64,000 bases of DNA, from assembly GCA_018712435.1 (NCBI GenBank), contig DVGZ01000052.1, forward strand, positions 17,504 through 81,503. The letters are read 5' to 3'. Shown here in pieces: positions 7,819-17,121 of the stretch. Origin of the DNA: Candidatus Caccousia avicola. Its GTDB lineage: Bacteria > Bacillota > Clostridia > Oscillospirales > Acutalibacteraceae. The translations under genes were made by a program, and so were the position numbers. Each line of letters starts with the position of its first letter. The first letter of the stretch is position 1. The notes below the pieces were generated by a model. That model did not search any database, was not told the DNA's origin, and saw only the letters and a program-made list of their open reading frames with translations.

Positions 7819-10038
7819 ATGTCCATTCTATTCGACGAAAAGAAAAAGCTTTTCACTCTGGAGACGGCGCACGCCTCATACCAGATGTGTGTCAACGCTT
7901 ATGGATTTTTGCAGCATCTGCATTTTGGAGAAAAGCTGGGCGGCGGCTCCTGCGAAGGATTGCAGGGAACCGGCTTCATGAGCTTTTCCCCCGCGCCGGA
8001 CGTTGCCGGGAATGATTATCTGGCTTCCCCCGACCTGACGCAGCAGGAATACCCCGTATTCGGCAGCGGCGATTACCGCTCGCACTGCATGGCCGTCACT
8101 TTTGCGGACGGAGGACGCAACCCGGAGCTGTGCTACCAGTCCCACCGGATCCTCACGGAAAAGCCTGCGCTGGAAGGTCTGCCCGCCCTTCACGGAGACT
8201 GCGAGACGCTGGAAATCACTCTGCGCGACCGCTGGACCGATTTGGAGGTTGTGCTTTTGTATTCGGTCTTTGCGCAGTATGACGCCATTGCCCGCTCCGC
8301 GCGGATCGTCAACCACACCGGCGCGGCGGTGGAGGTCAACGCCGCTCTGACCGCCTGCCTTGACTTCTCCGAAAGTAACTTTGATCTGCTCCACTTCTGG
8401 GGCCGTCATGCGATGGAACGCCTGGTGGAGCGCACTCCCCTGACGCACGGAAAGATCTGCGTGGACAGCGTGCGCGGCACGTCCAGCCACCAGCAGAATC
8501 CCTTTGTGATCGTCTGCGACCACGCCGCCACCGAGGACGCGGGGCGCTGCTGGGGCGTTTCGCTGCTCTACAGCGGCAATTTCACCGCCTGCGCCGAAGT
8601 CGATCAGGCGGCCTGCTGCCGTGTGACCATGGGCATCAACCCCACCGGCTTCTCCTGGCATTTGGAGAACGGCGAAAGCTTCCAGACGCCGGAAGCCGCT
8701 CTTGTGTACAGCGGCGAGGGCCTCGGCGCTCTGTCCCGCCGTTATCACAAGCTGTATCGCCGCAACCTGTGCCGCGGCGAATGGGCGCTCAAACAGCGCC
8801 CTGTGCTGATCAACAACTGGGAAGCCACTTATTTCGATTTTGATGACGAGAAGCTGGTCGGGATCGCGAAAACCGCCGCCGATCTGGGCGTGGAAATGCT
8901 CGTGGTGGACGACGGATGGTTCGGCAACCGTTTCGACGATAACCGCGCGCTGGGCGACTGGGTGGTGAACACCGAAAAAGTGCGCGGCGGCATGAAGAGC
9001 CTGTGCGACCGGATCAACGCGCTGGGGATGAAGCTCGGCCTTTGGTTTGAGCCGGAAATGATCTCCGAGGACAGCGATCTGTACCGTGCGCACCCCGACT
9101 GGTGCCTGCATGTGCCGGGACGCGGAAAATCCAGAAGCCGCAATCAGCTTGTGCTCGACATGTCCCGCAAGGAAGTGCGCGATCATATTCACGATATGAT
9201 GTATGCTGTCCTTTCGAGCGCGAACTTCTCCTATGTCAAGTGGGATATGAACCGCCATCTGACGGATGTGTGGAGCGCGGATCTGCCCGCCGGACGGCAG
9301 GGGGAGGTCTATCACCGCTTTGTTCTCGGCGTGTACGAGCTGCTCGATCGGCTGGAAACGGAATTCCCGCACATTCTCTTTGAGGGCTGCTCCGGCGGCG
9401 GCGGACGCTTTGACGCCGGCATGCTCTATTATCATCCGCAGATCTGGTGCAGCGACAACACGGATGCTATTGAGCGTCTGGAAATCCAGTACGGCACCTC
9501 CTTTGGCTATCCGATCAGCGCCGTGGGCTCGCATGTGTCCGCCTGCCCGAACCATCAGACGGGACGCACCACTCCCTTCCACACGCGCGGCGTCGTCGCC
9601 ATGTCCGGCACCTTCGGCTATGAGCTGGATCTGAACAAAATTTCCGAAGAAGAAAAGGAACAGGTGCGCGCGCAGGTCAAGCAGTACCACCGCCTGTATT
9701 CCCTGATCAACGACGGCGACTATTATCGCCTGCTCGACATGACGCAGCAGAAGGATCTCTCCGCGTGGGAGTTCGCGGCGGAGGACGGCAGCCGTGCCCT
9801 GCTGAACATCGTCTATGCGCATGTGCGCGCCAACTGCCCGCCTCCCATGCTGTATCTGCGCGGCCTGACGCCGGACGCTTCCTACCGTGTGACGGATGAC
9901 ACCGGACACGAGATTGGCGTCTGGACCGGAGCGGTGCTGATGCACGCCGGTATGCGCGCCCCAATCCCGCAGGAGGCCCGCGCTTACGGTCAGACAGACT
10001 ATGCGGCCTTCCAGTTTGAGCTGGAGCGCCTTTCCTGA
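7819..10038 (+). CDS. Alpha-galactosidase, GH36 family (739 aa)
   Basis: Starts MSILFDEKKKLFTLET after GGGAGG. GH36 hallmarks KWDMNR and CSGGGGRFD. No signal peptide. Confidence 0.9.
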   Translation: MSILFDEKKKLFTLETAHASYQMCVNAYGFLQHLHFGEKLGGGSCEGLQGTGFMSFSPAPDVAGNDYLASPDLTQQEYPVFGSGDYRSHCMAVTFADGGRNPELCYQSHRILTEKPALEGLPALHGDCETLEITLRDRWTDLEVVLLYSVFAQYDAIARSARIVNHTGAAVEVNAALTACLDFSESNFDLLHFWGRHAMERLVERTPLTHGKICVDSVRGTSSHQQNPFVIVCDHAATEDAGRCWGVSLLYSGNFTACAEVDQAACCRVTMGINPTGFSWHLENGESFQTPEAALVYSGEGLGALSRRYHKLYRRNLCRGEWALKQRPVLINNWEATYFDFDDEKLVGIAKTAADLGVEMLVVDDGWFGNRFDDNRALGDWVVNTEKVRGGMKSLCDRINALGMKLGLWFEPEMISEDSDLYRAHPDWCLHVPGRGKSRSRNQLVLDMSRKEVRDHIHDMMYAVLSSANFSYVKWDMNRHLTDVWSADLPAGRQGEVYHRFVLGVYELLDRLETEFPHILFEGCSGGGGRFDAGMLYYHPQIWCSDNTDAIERLEIQYGTSFGYPISAVGSHVSACPNHQTGRTTPFHTRGVVAMSGTFGYELDLNKISEEEKEQVRAQVKQYHRLYSLINDGDYYRLLDMTQQKDLSAWEFAAEDGSRALLNIVYAHVRANCPPPMLYLRGLTPDASYRVTDDTGHEIGVWTGAVLMHAGMRAPIPQEARAYGQTDYAAFQFELERLS

Positions 10039-10042
10039 TTTG

Positions 10043-10078
10043 TTCCCCGGCTTCCCTGCGAAGCCGGGGAATTTTTTT
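10043..10078 (+). terminator. Intrinsic terminator after the GH36 gene
   Basis: 12-bp stem TTCCCCGGCTTC/GAAGCCGGGGAA, 5-nt loop, then TTTTTTT. Confidence 0.85.
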
Positions 10079-10148
10079 GTCTGGGCCGTTGACCTTTTCG
10101 CTTTCGTCGTTTAAAATGGAAAAGAGACTGAATTTGGAGGTATGAGTC

Positions 10149-11432
10149 ATGGCTGAAATTCAATCCTTCCGCGGCCTGCGGTATACGGCGAAGGCCGGGG
10201 ATCCGCGCGCGCTGACCTGCCCGCCCTACGATATCATCAGTGAGGAGCAGCGGCAGGCATATCTCGCGGAAAATCCCTGCAACGTGATCCGCCTGGAACT
10301 GCCGAAGGGCGAAGATCCCTACGGCGAAGCGGGACGCACGCTGCAAAGCTGGATGGAGGACGGAATCCTCAAGCAGGACACCGAGCCCGCTTTGTACATC
10401 TACGAGGAGGAATTCACCGCTTACGGGCAGAAGAAAAAGGTCAAGGGTCTGATCTGCCGTGTGAAGCTGGAAGAATTCAGCAAAGGGATTGTTCTGCCGC
10501 ACGAGGAAACGCTGAGCAAGGCTAAGGAAGATCGCTTCCGCCTGATGCAGTCCACCTTCTGCAATTTCAGCCAGATCTATTCGCTTTATATGGATGAGGA
10601 ACACACGACGCTCAGCCGAATCGACCTGCTCTCCCGCGATACCCCCCGTTATGAGTTCAACGACGGCGAGGTCATTCACCGTCTGTGGGTCGTGAACGAC
10701 AAAGCGGTGATCGGTGCGATTCAGGAGGATTTCCGCGATCGGAAGCTGTACATTGCAGATGGGCACCACCGCTATGAGACAGCGCTGAATTTCCGCAACT
10801 GGTGCCGCGAGCAGGGTCTTTCCCAGCCGGGCGACGATCCCGATTATGTGATGATGATGCTGGTGGACATGGAGCACGACGGACTGGTGGTTTTCCCGAC
10901 ACACCGTCTGATCCACGGCCTGCCGAATTTTGACAGCATGGCTCTGCTGTCCGCCTGTGAGGATCTGTTCACCGTCACACACTATGAGGGACTTGATCGC
11001 ATCCAGCCCGTTCTGGATCAGGAGTACGCCGATGAGCACGCCGCGTTCGCCTTCTATTGCGGCGGCGAGGAATGGGATCTGCTGGTTCTGCGCGATCTGT
11101 CCGCGATGGACTATTTCCTTCCGGGCATGAGCGAGGCTTCCCGCCATCTCGACGTTACCATCTTACATACCCTCATTCTCGAAAAGCGCCTTGGTATTGA
11201 TAAGGAGAATATGGCAAAACAGATCAATCTCTCCTACACCCGCGATTTCGATGAGGCGATTGCCTCTGTGCGCCGTGGGGAAAATCAGTGCGCTTTCCTG
11301 CTCAATCCCACCCGTGTGACCGAGATCCGCGACGTGGCCGCGGCAGGCGAGAAAATGCCGCAGAAATCCACCTATTTCTATCCGAAGCTGATCACCGGTC
11401 TTGTGATGAACAAGATGAATGTGGAGCGCTGA
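10149..11432 (+). CDS. DUF1015 domain-containing protein (427 aa)
   Basis: N-terminus IQSFRGLRYT...PPYDIIS and central ADGHHRYETAL are as I recall for DUF1015. Confidence 0.8.
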   Translation: MAEIQSFRGLRYTAKAGDPRALTCPPYDIISEEQRQAYLAENPCNVIRLELPKGEDPYGEAGRTLQSWMEDGILKQDTEPALYIYEEEFTAYGQKKKVKGLICRVKLEEFSKGIVLPHEETLSKAKEDRFRLMQSTFCNFSQIYSLYMDEEHTTLSRIDLLSRDTPRYEFNDGEVIHRLWVVNDKAVIGAIQEDFRDRKLYIADGHHRYETALNFRNWCREQGLSQPGDDPDYVMMMLVDMEHDGLVVFPTHRLIHGLPNFDSMALLSACEDLFTVTHYEGLDRIQPVLDQEYADEHAAFAFYCGGEEWDLLVLRDLSAMDYFLPGMSEASRHLDVTILHTLILEKRLGIDKENMAKQINLSYTRDFDEAIASVRRGENQCAFLLNPTRVTEIRDVAAAGEKMPQKSTYFYPKLITGLVMNKMNVER

Positions 11433-11450
11433 GACTCTCCGCACAGAACA

Positions 11451-11479
11451 AAAGCGGCCGCCCATTGGGCGGCCGCTTT
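11451..11479. terminator. Bidirectional terminator between convergent genes
   Basis: 13-bp palindrome AAAGCGGCCGCCC-att-GGGCGGCCGCTTT, with A-run and T-run on the two sides. Confidence 0.75.
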
Positions 11480-11485
11480 GCTTTC

Positions 11486-12721
11486 TCAATAGTTTCGAAC
11501 CATTTCCATGACGATCTGTTCCCAGCGAATCAGGTTCTGAACATCGTAGCCAACGGAACTGATATCCTTGAGCACCATATCAAAGCTGCACCCGTTCCGC
11601 TTGCATGCGGAGAGGATGCGGCTGATCTCCTTGCGCAGCGCGTCCTCGTCGAGACGGCCGGAAACGGAAGCGGGATTGGGTTTGTTCGCAATCACATAGC
11701 GATTGCCAATCACCTCCGCGGCGTTGTTGATATCCGCCCAGGGAGTGATGGAAATTTTGCGCAGATGCGGGATCTGTTCCAGAATATCAATCTTTTTATC
11801 GAGCGGTTCACAGCAGCCGTAATAGACCAATCCAAACGGCTCCATAATTTTTTTCATATAAGCGATATCAAATTCCTCATGCATATCCTTTGACACCGAA
11901 GCGAAAATCTGCGCCATTCCGCGGCCCCAGATCTGGCTACGCTTGACCGGTCCTCCGTCGTATTCGCCGGGCAGCGTGCTGTTGAGCGCCGAAGTACAAT
12001 GGATATGAAGCGGTTCAATCTCAAACAAACCCAACCGTTCCAGCTGCTCATTCAGGCTCTCATAATACTCCGCCATTTTGGCAACGATGCGGTGCGTATG
12101 CTCCGGGCGTTCCACCAAATCAATCAGAAGCGGTGTAACACCGCGCAGTCTTGCAATATCATCCCAGATCGGCACATAGCAGCTTCGCCCCACCAGGCGC
12201 ACGGGGAGCAAATCCCCGATTGCATTGCCGATGCGGTTGAAAACAGCCATAGTGGCTTCCTCGTCATAGGTCACCACGGGAAGATGGAACTGCTCGATGG
12301 AGTCTTCCTCTTCAAGCTGATCGTGGTACTCGTGGGAAATAATATGGTTGCGGCTGTCCTTGGCCAGCGTGTCCTCCTGCACCGTGAAGCCACAGCCTGT
12401 GGAATGGATGATTTTTTCCACCGGATAATACGGCGCCAAAATCATGTCCGCGGGAAAATGCTTCCATTGAAACAGCTTTTTCCGCAAATAGTCCTCTGCT
12501 CCCCGCAAAATGGGATCCTCGCACTGAAGCGTCAGAGAACCGTCAAAATTGATCTCATGAAAAGGAATCTCATCGATCAGAACCACAGGGCGAATCATCT
12601 GCAAATCGTTTACCGCCCGATGCAGGCGGCGGTTTTCCGTGTTGCGCTCCTGCGCAGCCGCTTCCGCGTAGGAGCGGGCAAGCCTTCTCAGAATCTGTAC
12701 ATCTTTTAACAAAAAAGGCAC
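11486..12721 (-). CDS. Hypothetical protein, possibly uroporphyrinogen-decarboxylase (URO-D)-like fold (411 aa)
   Basis: Long ORF with normal amino-acid composition. GTG start (a TTG three codons later has better RBS spacing). The family assignment is a weak recollection of URO-D-like proteins in Firmicutes glycan loci. Confidence 0.6.
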   Translation of the reverse strand: MPFLLKDVQILRRLARSYAEAAAQERNTENRRLHRAVNDLQMIRPVVLIDEIPFHEINFDGSLTLQCEDPILRGAEDYLRKKLFQWKHFPADMILAPYYPVEKIIHSTGCGFTVQEDTLAKDSRNHIISHEYHDQLEEEDSIEQFHLPVVTYDEEATMAVFNRIGNAIGDLLPVRLVGRSCYVPIWDDIARLRGVTPLLIDLVERPEHTHRIVAKMAEYYESLNEQLERLGLFEIEPLHIHCTSALNSTLPGEYDGGPVKRSQIWGRGMAQIFASVSKDMHEEFDIAYMKKIMEPFGLVYYGCCEPLDKKIDILEQIPHLRKISITPWADINNAAEVIGNRYVIANKPNPASVSGRLDEDALRKEISRILSACKRNGCSFDMVLKDISSVGYDVQNLIRWEQIVMEMVRNY

Positions 12722-12963
12722 CTCTTTTCTTCAGATTTCAGGCACTTCGTTTTTTTCTTTTATCATATACTACTCCGAAAATCAAAGCAATCCCTATTTT
12801 TTGATCCTTGATCTGTTTTCCTTTCCCTGCTTTTCACACCAACAAAAGCGCCTGTGCATATCCTGTTGGAAGAGGGAAAGGACGGAACCGCTAGACACGG
12901 CCTGTCCGGGCTACGGCCCTCCGCGTCAAACACGCGGAACCCCGACCAAACCACAACGGAAGG

Positions 12964-13698
12964 ATGGTTTTTGGAGTGAAAGTGTATCAATGCTCTCCCG
13001 ATTGCGGGAGAAACTGCTGCATTCCTCCCTGCTGCCCCATTCCCGGCCCGGTAGGTCCCACAGGCCCGGCCGGCCCGACAGGACCAACCGGTCCGCAGGG
13101 ACCGATGGGACCCATGGGATTGATGGGACCGCAGGGTCCCGCCGGTGCTGCCGGAGCCGCGGGTCCCGCCGGCGCAACAGGCGCGACCGGCCCGACAGGC
13201 GCGACTGGCGCTACCGGCCCAGCCGGCGGTCCGGCCGGGCCCACCGGTGCCACGGGTGCAACCGGCGCTACCGGAAGCATCGGCCCGAGAGGCGCTACGG
13301 GCGCGGACGGAGCCACCGGCGCGACTGGTGCAACAGGTGCCGACGGAGCCACTGGTGCAACAGGCGCAACAGGTGCAACGGGTGCCACCGGTGCGGACGG
13401 AGCTACCGGCGCAACGGGTGCGACTGGCGCTACCGGTACGGATGGCGCTACCGGTGCAACCGGTGCGGATGGAGCCACCGGCGCGACAGGCGCCACGGGT
13501 GCGGACGGCGCGACCGGCGCGACTGGTGCCACGGGAGCCACTGGCGCAACTGGTGCCACCGGCGCTACCGGCCCGGTGACGGTGGGAAGCGCCGTCACCA
13601 ACCTTGCAACCCCAAACAGCGCGACCACGGAAGAAATCGCCACGACGCTGAACAGTTTGCTGGATTCTCTGCGCGCCGCAGGCATTATTTCCTCCTGA
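12964..13698 (+). CDS. Collagen-like (Gly-X-Y repeat) protein with Cys-rich N-terminus, BclA-like (244 aa)
   Basis: About 59 Gly-X-Y triplets (GPT, GAT, GAD) after the N-terminus [16 protein letters not shown]. 40-aa non-collagen tail. Start is ambiguous (ATG 12964, GTG 12976 or GTG 12982). A terminator follows. Confidence 0.85.
   Translation: MVFGVKVYQCSPDCGRNCCIPPCCPIPGPVGPTGPAGPTGPTGPQGPMGPMGLMGPQGPAGAAGAAGPAGATGATGPTGATGATGPAGGPAGPTGATGATGATGSIGPRGATGADGATGATGATGADGATGATGATGATGATGADGATGATGATGATGTDGATGATGADGATGATGATGADGATGATGATGATGATGATGATGPVTVGSAVTNLATPNSATTEEIATTLNSLLDSLRAAGIISS
13045..13575 (+). repeat. Coding 9-bp-periodic GC-rich triplet repeat (GGN-GCN-ACN and related) encoding the Gly-X-Y tract
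   Basis: Read directly. Near-identical GGTGCNACNGGCGC units. Every frame on both strands is open across it. Confidence 0.9.
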
Positions 13699-13729
13699 TG
13701 TCCGGCATTTTTCCGGCTGATCGCTGAAA

Positions 13730-13779
13730 ACGGCGCTTTCCCGGCTCACAAGACCACGGGAAAGCGCCGTCGTTTTTTG
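13730..13779 (+). terminator. Intrinsic terminator after the collagen-like gene
   Basis: 13-bp stem ACGGCGCTTTCCC/GGGAAAGCGCCGT, then CGTTTTTTG. Confidence 0.8.
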
Positions 13780-13914
13780 TCCGGGATCCGCTAAACCTGC
13801 AAAGTGGTTCAATACTATAAAAAAGCGGGATGATAATGCAAGCATCCAAAAAAAATTTGATGTAAGATGAAGAAAAAAGCGGATCACCCGCATAACCGGA
13901 AAGGATCACAGATC

Positions 13915-15672
13915 ATGAAACTGCAATACAACAAGGACACCTTTCTTCTTGACGGAAAGCCATTCCGCATTCTTTCGGGAGCCATCCACTATTTCCGCGT
14001 CCCGCAGGCCTACTGGGAGGATCGCCTGCGCAAGCTGCGGGCCTGCGGCTTCAACACCGTGGAAACCTACTGCTGCTGGAACCTGCATGAAAAGCAGGAG
14101 GGAAGCTTCGACTTCTCCGGAATGCTGGACGTCCGCCGCTTTCTGGAGACAGCGCAGCGCGTGGGCCTGTATGCCATTGTCCGCCCGGGACCATTTATCT
14201 GCGCGGAAATCGACAACGGCGGCCTTCCCTACTGGCTGAACCGCTACCCCATGCGCCTGCGGTGCTCCGATCCGCTCTTTCTGGAAAAAACGCGGACGTA
14301 TTTTGCCCGGCTGTTTGAGGAGCTTCGTCCCATGCTGGCGGAACAGGGAGGAAATATCCTGGCCCTGCAAATTGAAAACGAATACGGCAGCTACGGAAAC
14401 GACGCGGACTACCTGCGCGCACTGGCCGAAATGTACCGCGAAAACGGGGCCGAGTGTCTGTTTTTCACCTCGGACGGACCGACGGACTTCATGCTGACCT
14501 CCGGCACGCTCCCCGAGTATCCGGCCACCTGCAATTTCGGAAGCCGGGGCGCGCGCGCCTGGGAGACTCTCCAGGCCCAGCACCCCGGACAGCCCTTCCT
14601 CTGCACGGAATTCTGGGACGGCTGGTTTGATCACTGGGGCGAAGAGCATCACACACGTTCCGCCGCCGACACCGTGGCCGCAATGGAAGAAATCCTTGAC
14701 CAGAACAACGGCAACGGAAACATCAGCTTTTATATGTTCCACGGCGGAACCAATTTCGGCTTTACGGCGGGAGCCAACTTCGAGGAAGAGTACCAGCCCA
14801 CCGTGACAAGCTACGACTATGACGCGCCGCTGAGCGAGTGCGGCGACATGACGGAAAAGTACCATCAAATCCGCCAGACGCTGGAAAGACGCTACGGAAA
14901 ACAGGAAAACCTGCCGGAAGTGGAAAACAGCCGGAAAGCGGCCTACGGCACCGTCTCCCTGACAGAAAAGGCGGGGCTGTTTGAAAACCTGGACGCGCTC
15001 TCCTCCCCGGTGCGCTCCCCGCTCCCTCTGACGATGGACGAGCTGGGCCAGCCCTCCGGCTTTGTGCTCTACTCCACACAGCTGCGCGGCTCCTTTACGG
15101 GAGAGCACAAGCTTTCGCTCGACGGCCTGCATGACCGGGCGCTGATCTATGTGGACGGCGCTCTGCGCGGAATTCAGGAATCCTTCCGGCCGCGCCATGA
15201 CGACGTGATTCTGTCGTTTGATCAGGAGCATGCTCCCCGGCTGGATCTTCTGGTGGAGAACATGGGGCGTGTCAACTTTGGCCGCCATCTCGGCGAACAC
15301 AAGGGGCTGACCGGCGTGCGCGTGGGACAAGTGCACCACAGCGGCTGGGACTGCCGTCCCCTTCCGCTCGACGATCTCTCCGGCCTGCGCTTCACAGGAG
15401 CAACTCCCGGACAGCCCACTTTCTACCGGGGCAGCTTTACCATCCAGGACGAGCCGTGCGACACCTTTGTGCGTCTGGACGGCTTCACCAAGGGATGCGT
15501 ATTCATCAACGGCTTCCACCTGGGCCGTTACTGGAACGAACAGGGCCCCCAGAAAACGCTGTATCTGCCCTCCCCGTTCCTGCGCCGAGGGAAAAACAGC
15601 CTGATCGTGCTGGAGCTGGAGAAAACGGATCGCGAATGGATCACCCTCACCGATCATCCCGATCTCGGATAA
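13915..15672 (+). CDS. Beta-galactosidase, GH35 family (585 aa)
   Basis: Starts MKLQYNKDTFLLDGKPFRILSGAIHYFR. Catalytic-region motif QIENEYGSYG. No signal peptide. Confidence 0.9.
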   Translation: MKLQYNKDTFLLDGKPFRILSGAIHYFRVPQAYWEDRLRKLRACGFNTVETYCCWNLHEKQEGSFDFSGMLDVRRFLETAQRVGLYAIVRPGPFICAEIDNGGLPYWLNRYPMRLRCSDPLFLEKTRTYFARLFEELRPMLAEQGGNILALQIENEYGSYGNDADYLRALAEMYRENGAECLFFTSDGPTDFMLTSGTLPEYPATCNFGSRGARAWETLQAQHPGQPFLCTEFWDGWFDHWGEEHHTRSAADTVAAMEEILDQNNGNGNISFYMFHGGTNFGFTAGANFEEEYQPTVTSYDYDAPLSECGDMTEKYHQIRQTLERRYGKQENLPEVENSRKAAYGTVSLTEKAGLFENLDALSSPVRSPLPLTMDELGQPSGFVLYSTQLRGSFTGEHKLSLDGLHDRALIYVDGALRGIQESFRPRHDDVILSFDQEHAPRLDLLVENMGRVNFGRHLGEHKGLTGVRVGQVHHSGWDCRPLPLDDLSGLRFTGATPGQPTFYRGSFTIQDEPCDTFVRLDGFTKGCVFINGFHLGRYWNEQGPQKTLYLPSPFLRRGKNSLIVLELEKTDREWITLTDHPDLG

Positions 15673-15691
15673 GGATGCGACTGACGAACCG

Positions 15692-16333
15692 TTAATGTGT
15701 CTGTCCGAACAGGAGCGGGGAATCCGCCGTCTGCCGAAGCGCGGCCAGGAGCGCCGCTTCCAGCGCCGCCGACATATCCCGGATTGCCATGGAGGGCGCG
15801 TTTGTCTTTTCCGCCGCCTGGGACACGGCATACGGGACATGGACGAACCCGCCCCGCACAGCGGGGAATTCCTGCGCCAGGAAATGCAGCAGGCCGTACA
15901 GGACATGGTTGCACACATACGTCCCGGCGGAATGGGAGAGGGAAGCGGGATACCCGGCTTCCCGGATCGCCTGCACCATGGCCTTGACGGGAAGGGTGGA
16001 AAAATACGCGGCGGGGCCGCCGGGCACGATGGGGACATCGACCGGCTGTGCGCCGTCGTTGTCCGGGATCCCGTAATCGTCCAGATTCAGTCCCACGCGC
16101 TCCGGGGTAACGCCGAACCGTCCTCCCGCCTGCCCCACGCAGAGCACCAGAAGCGGCGGTTTCTTCCGCACCGCATCGCGGATCCGGTTCACGGCTCCCT
16201 CCCCCGCCACGGGAAGGCACAGCCGCCGGATCTCCTGCCCGCCGACGCTCTCCGGAAGCCCCTTCACGGCCTCCCAGGCCGGGTTAATGGGTTCTCCTCC
16301 AAACGGCTCAAATCCGGTAACCAAAAGACTCAT
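15692..16333 (-). CDS. pcp: Pyroglutamyl-peptidase I (pyrrolidone-carboxylate peptidase), 213 aa
   Basis: Starts MSLLVTGFEPFGGEPINP directly after a strong RBS AAAGGAGGAG. Catalytic Cys context SAGTYVCNHVLY. Confidence 0.85.
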   Translation of the reverse strand: MSLLVTGFEPFGGEPINPAWEAVKGLPESVGGQEIRRLCLPVAGEGAVNRIRDAVRKKPPLLVLCVGQAGGRFGVTPERVGLNLDDYGIPDNDGAQPVDVPIVPGGPAAYFSTLPVKAMVQAIREAGYPASLSHSAGTYVCNHVLYGLLHFLAQEFPAVRGGFVHVPYAVSQAAEKTNAPSMAIRDMSAALEAALLAALRQTADSPLLFGQTH

Positions 16334-16930
16334 AATGGCTCCTCCTTTTAACGGGATGTTTTTGTAGGCCTGCTCGCTGTCCGCGTTCCACAGATCCACG
16401 CTCTGCCCATTCTTCACAAAGGGGCCAAACCGCTCGCCCAGGCCGTAAATAGATTCGCCCACGGAAAGCTCCAGCTTTTCGCGCGCATACGTTTCCCCCG
16501 TAGCCTGATCCAGAACATGCGCCATTCCCTTTGGGCCGGAAGAGGTCAGCAGCTTCCCCTTGTGCAGAAATTCCACGCGATATTCGCGCCCGGGATAAAC
16601 CCGTGTTTCCAGATCGCCGCTGCGCAGAAACCAGAAACCATCCGCTTTCCCTGTCTCGGGCGTTTCGTTTCCGCGATGAAGCGGAAAGCCTGGCATCGTC
16701 TGCCGCGCCCCCATATGATTCACCAAGCGCACGGAAACCGTATTCACCGCTGTGGAAGTGATCCGCACGGTGAGAAGGCCGCCGTCAAGCGTATTGCCCC
16801 TGTGCTGCACCGCTACATACGGGCAGTAGAGCGTCAAGCCGCCGTCTTCCTCCTTCACCTCATAAATCTCCGCGGGCGTTTTCACGGTGAACCCCGCTTT
16901 GGTCATCCACATTCCATCTGTAAATTTCAT
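16334..16930 (-). pseudogene. N-terminal about 199 codons of a GH31 alpha-xylosidase-like gene, truncated and reading in frame into pcp
   Basis: MKFTDGMWMTKAGF...GLGERFGPFVKNGQSVDLWNAD-SEQAYKNIPL matches the first quarter of YicI-type GH31 enzymes (about 770 aa). The catalytic domain is absent and there is no stop before the pcp ATG. Confidence 0.6.
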
Positions 16931-17053
16931 ATCAGCACTCCTCCATCACTCGGCCGCCCGGAAACGCCTTGCCGCGCCTCCGGTATTGCACGCCGGTTCG
17001 AGCTTTATTTTCTCACACGCGGGATCCCTTCGTCAACCCGCGGACACAGCGTC

Positions 17054-17082
17054 TTGCCCTTTTTTCTCCAAAATGCTATCAT
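17054..17082 (+). promoter_or_regulatory. Candidate promoter for the C-N hydrolase gene
   Basis: TTGCCC, 17 nt, TGcTATCAT (extended -10), 40 nt upstream of the ATG. Confidence 0.45.
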
Positions 17083-17121
17083 GAACACAATAAATTTTTA
17101 TGACAGAGGAGGAATGACTGC

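Noticed and set aside
5475-8015. 846-aa ORF on the + strand
   Set aside because: It runs antisense through glyQS and gtrA in exact codon register and continues across the tRNA-Pro gene and promoter region. Its composition is low-complexity and rich in Arg, Leu, Ala and His. Stops in a codon-aligned antisense frame require sense TTA, CTA or TCA codons, which this GC3-rich genome avoids. The sense-strand genes have clear family motifs.
7876-9945. 689-aa ORF antisense to the GH36 alpha-galactosidase gene
   Set aside because: Same codon-aligned antisense artefact. There is no RBS, no recognisable domain, and the composition is Arg/Ala/Gly/His-rich.
13045-13575. Possible CRISPR or other non-coding array suggested by the highly periodic DNA
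   Set aside because: The period is 9 bp with no spacer-like unique segments, and it translates perfectly into Gly-X-Y. This is a coding microsatellite-like repeat, not a CRISPR array.
12763-13893. Four additional long ORFs (both strands, other frames) across the collagen-like repeat
   Set aside because: All frames are open because of the 9-bp GC-rich periodicity. Only the Gly-X-Y frame yields a coherent protein with distinct N- and C-terminal regions and a downstream terminator.
13906-16038. 710-aa ORF antisense to the GH35 gene and running into pcp
   Set aside because: It is codon-aligned antisense to the GH35 gene and crosses the convergent gene junction. The composition is Pro/Arg/Ala-rich and no family signal is visible.
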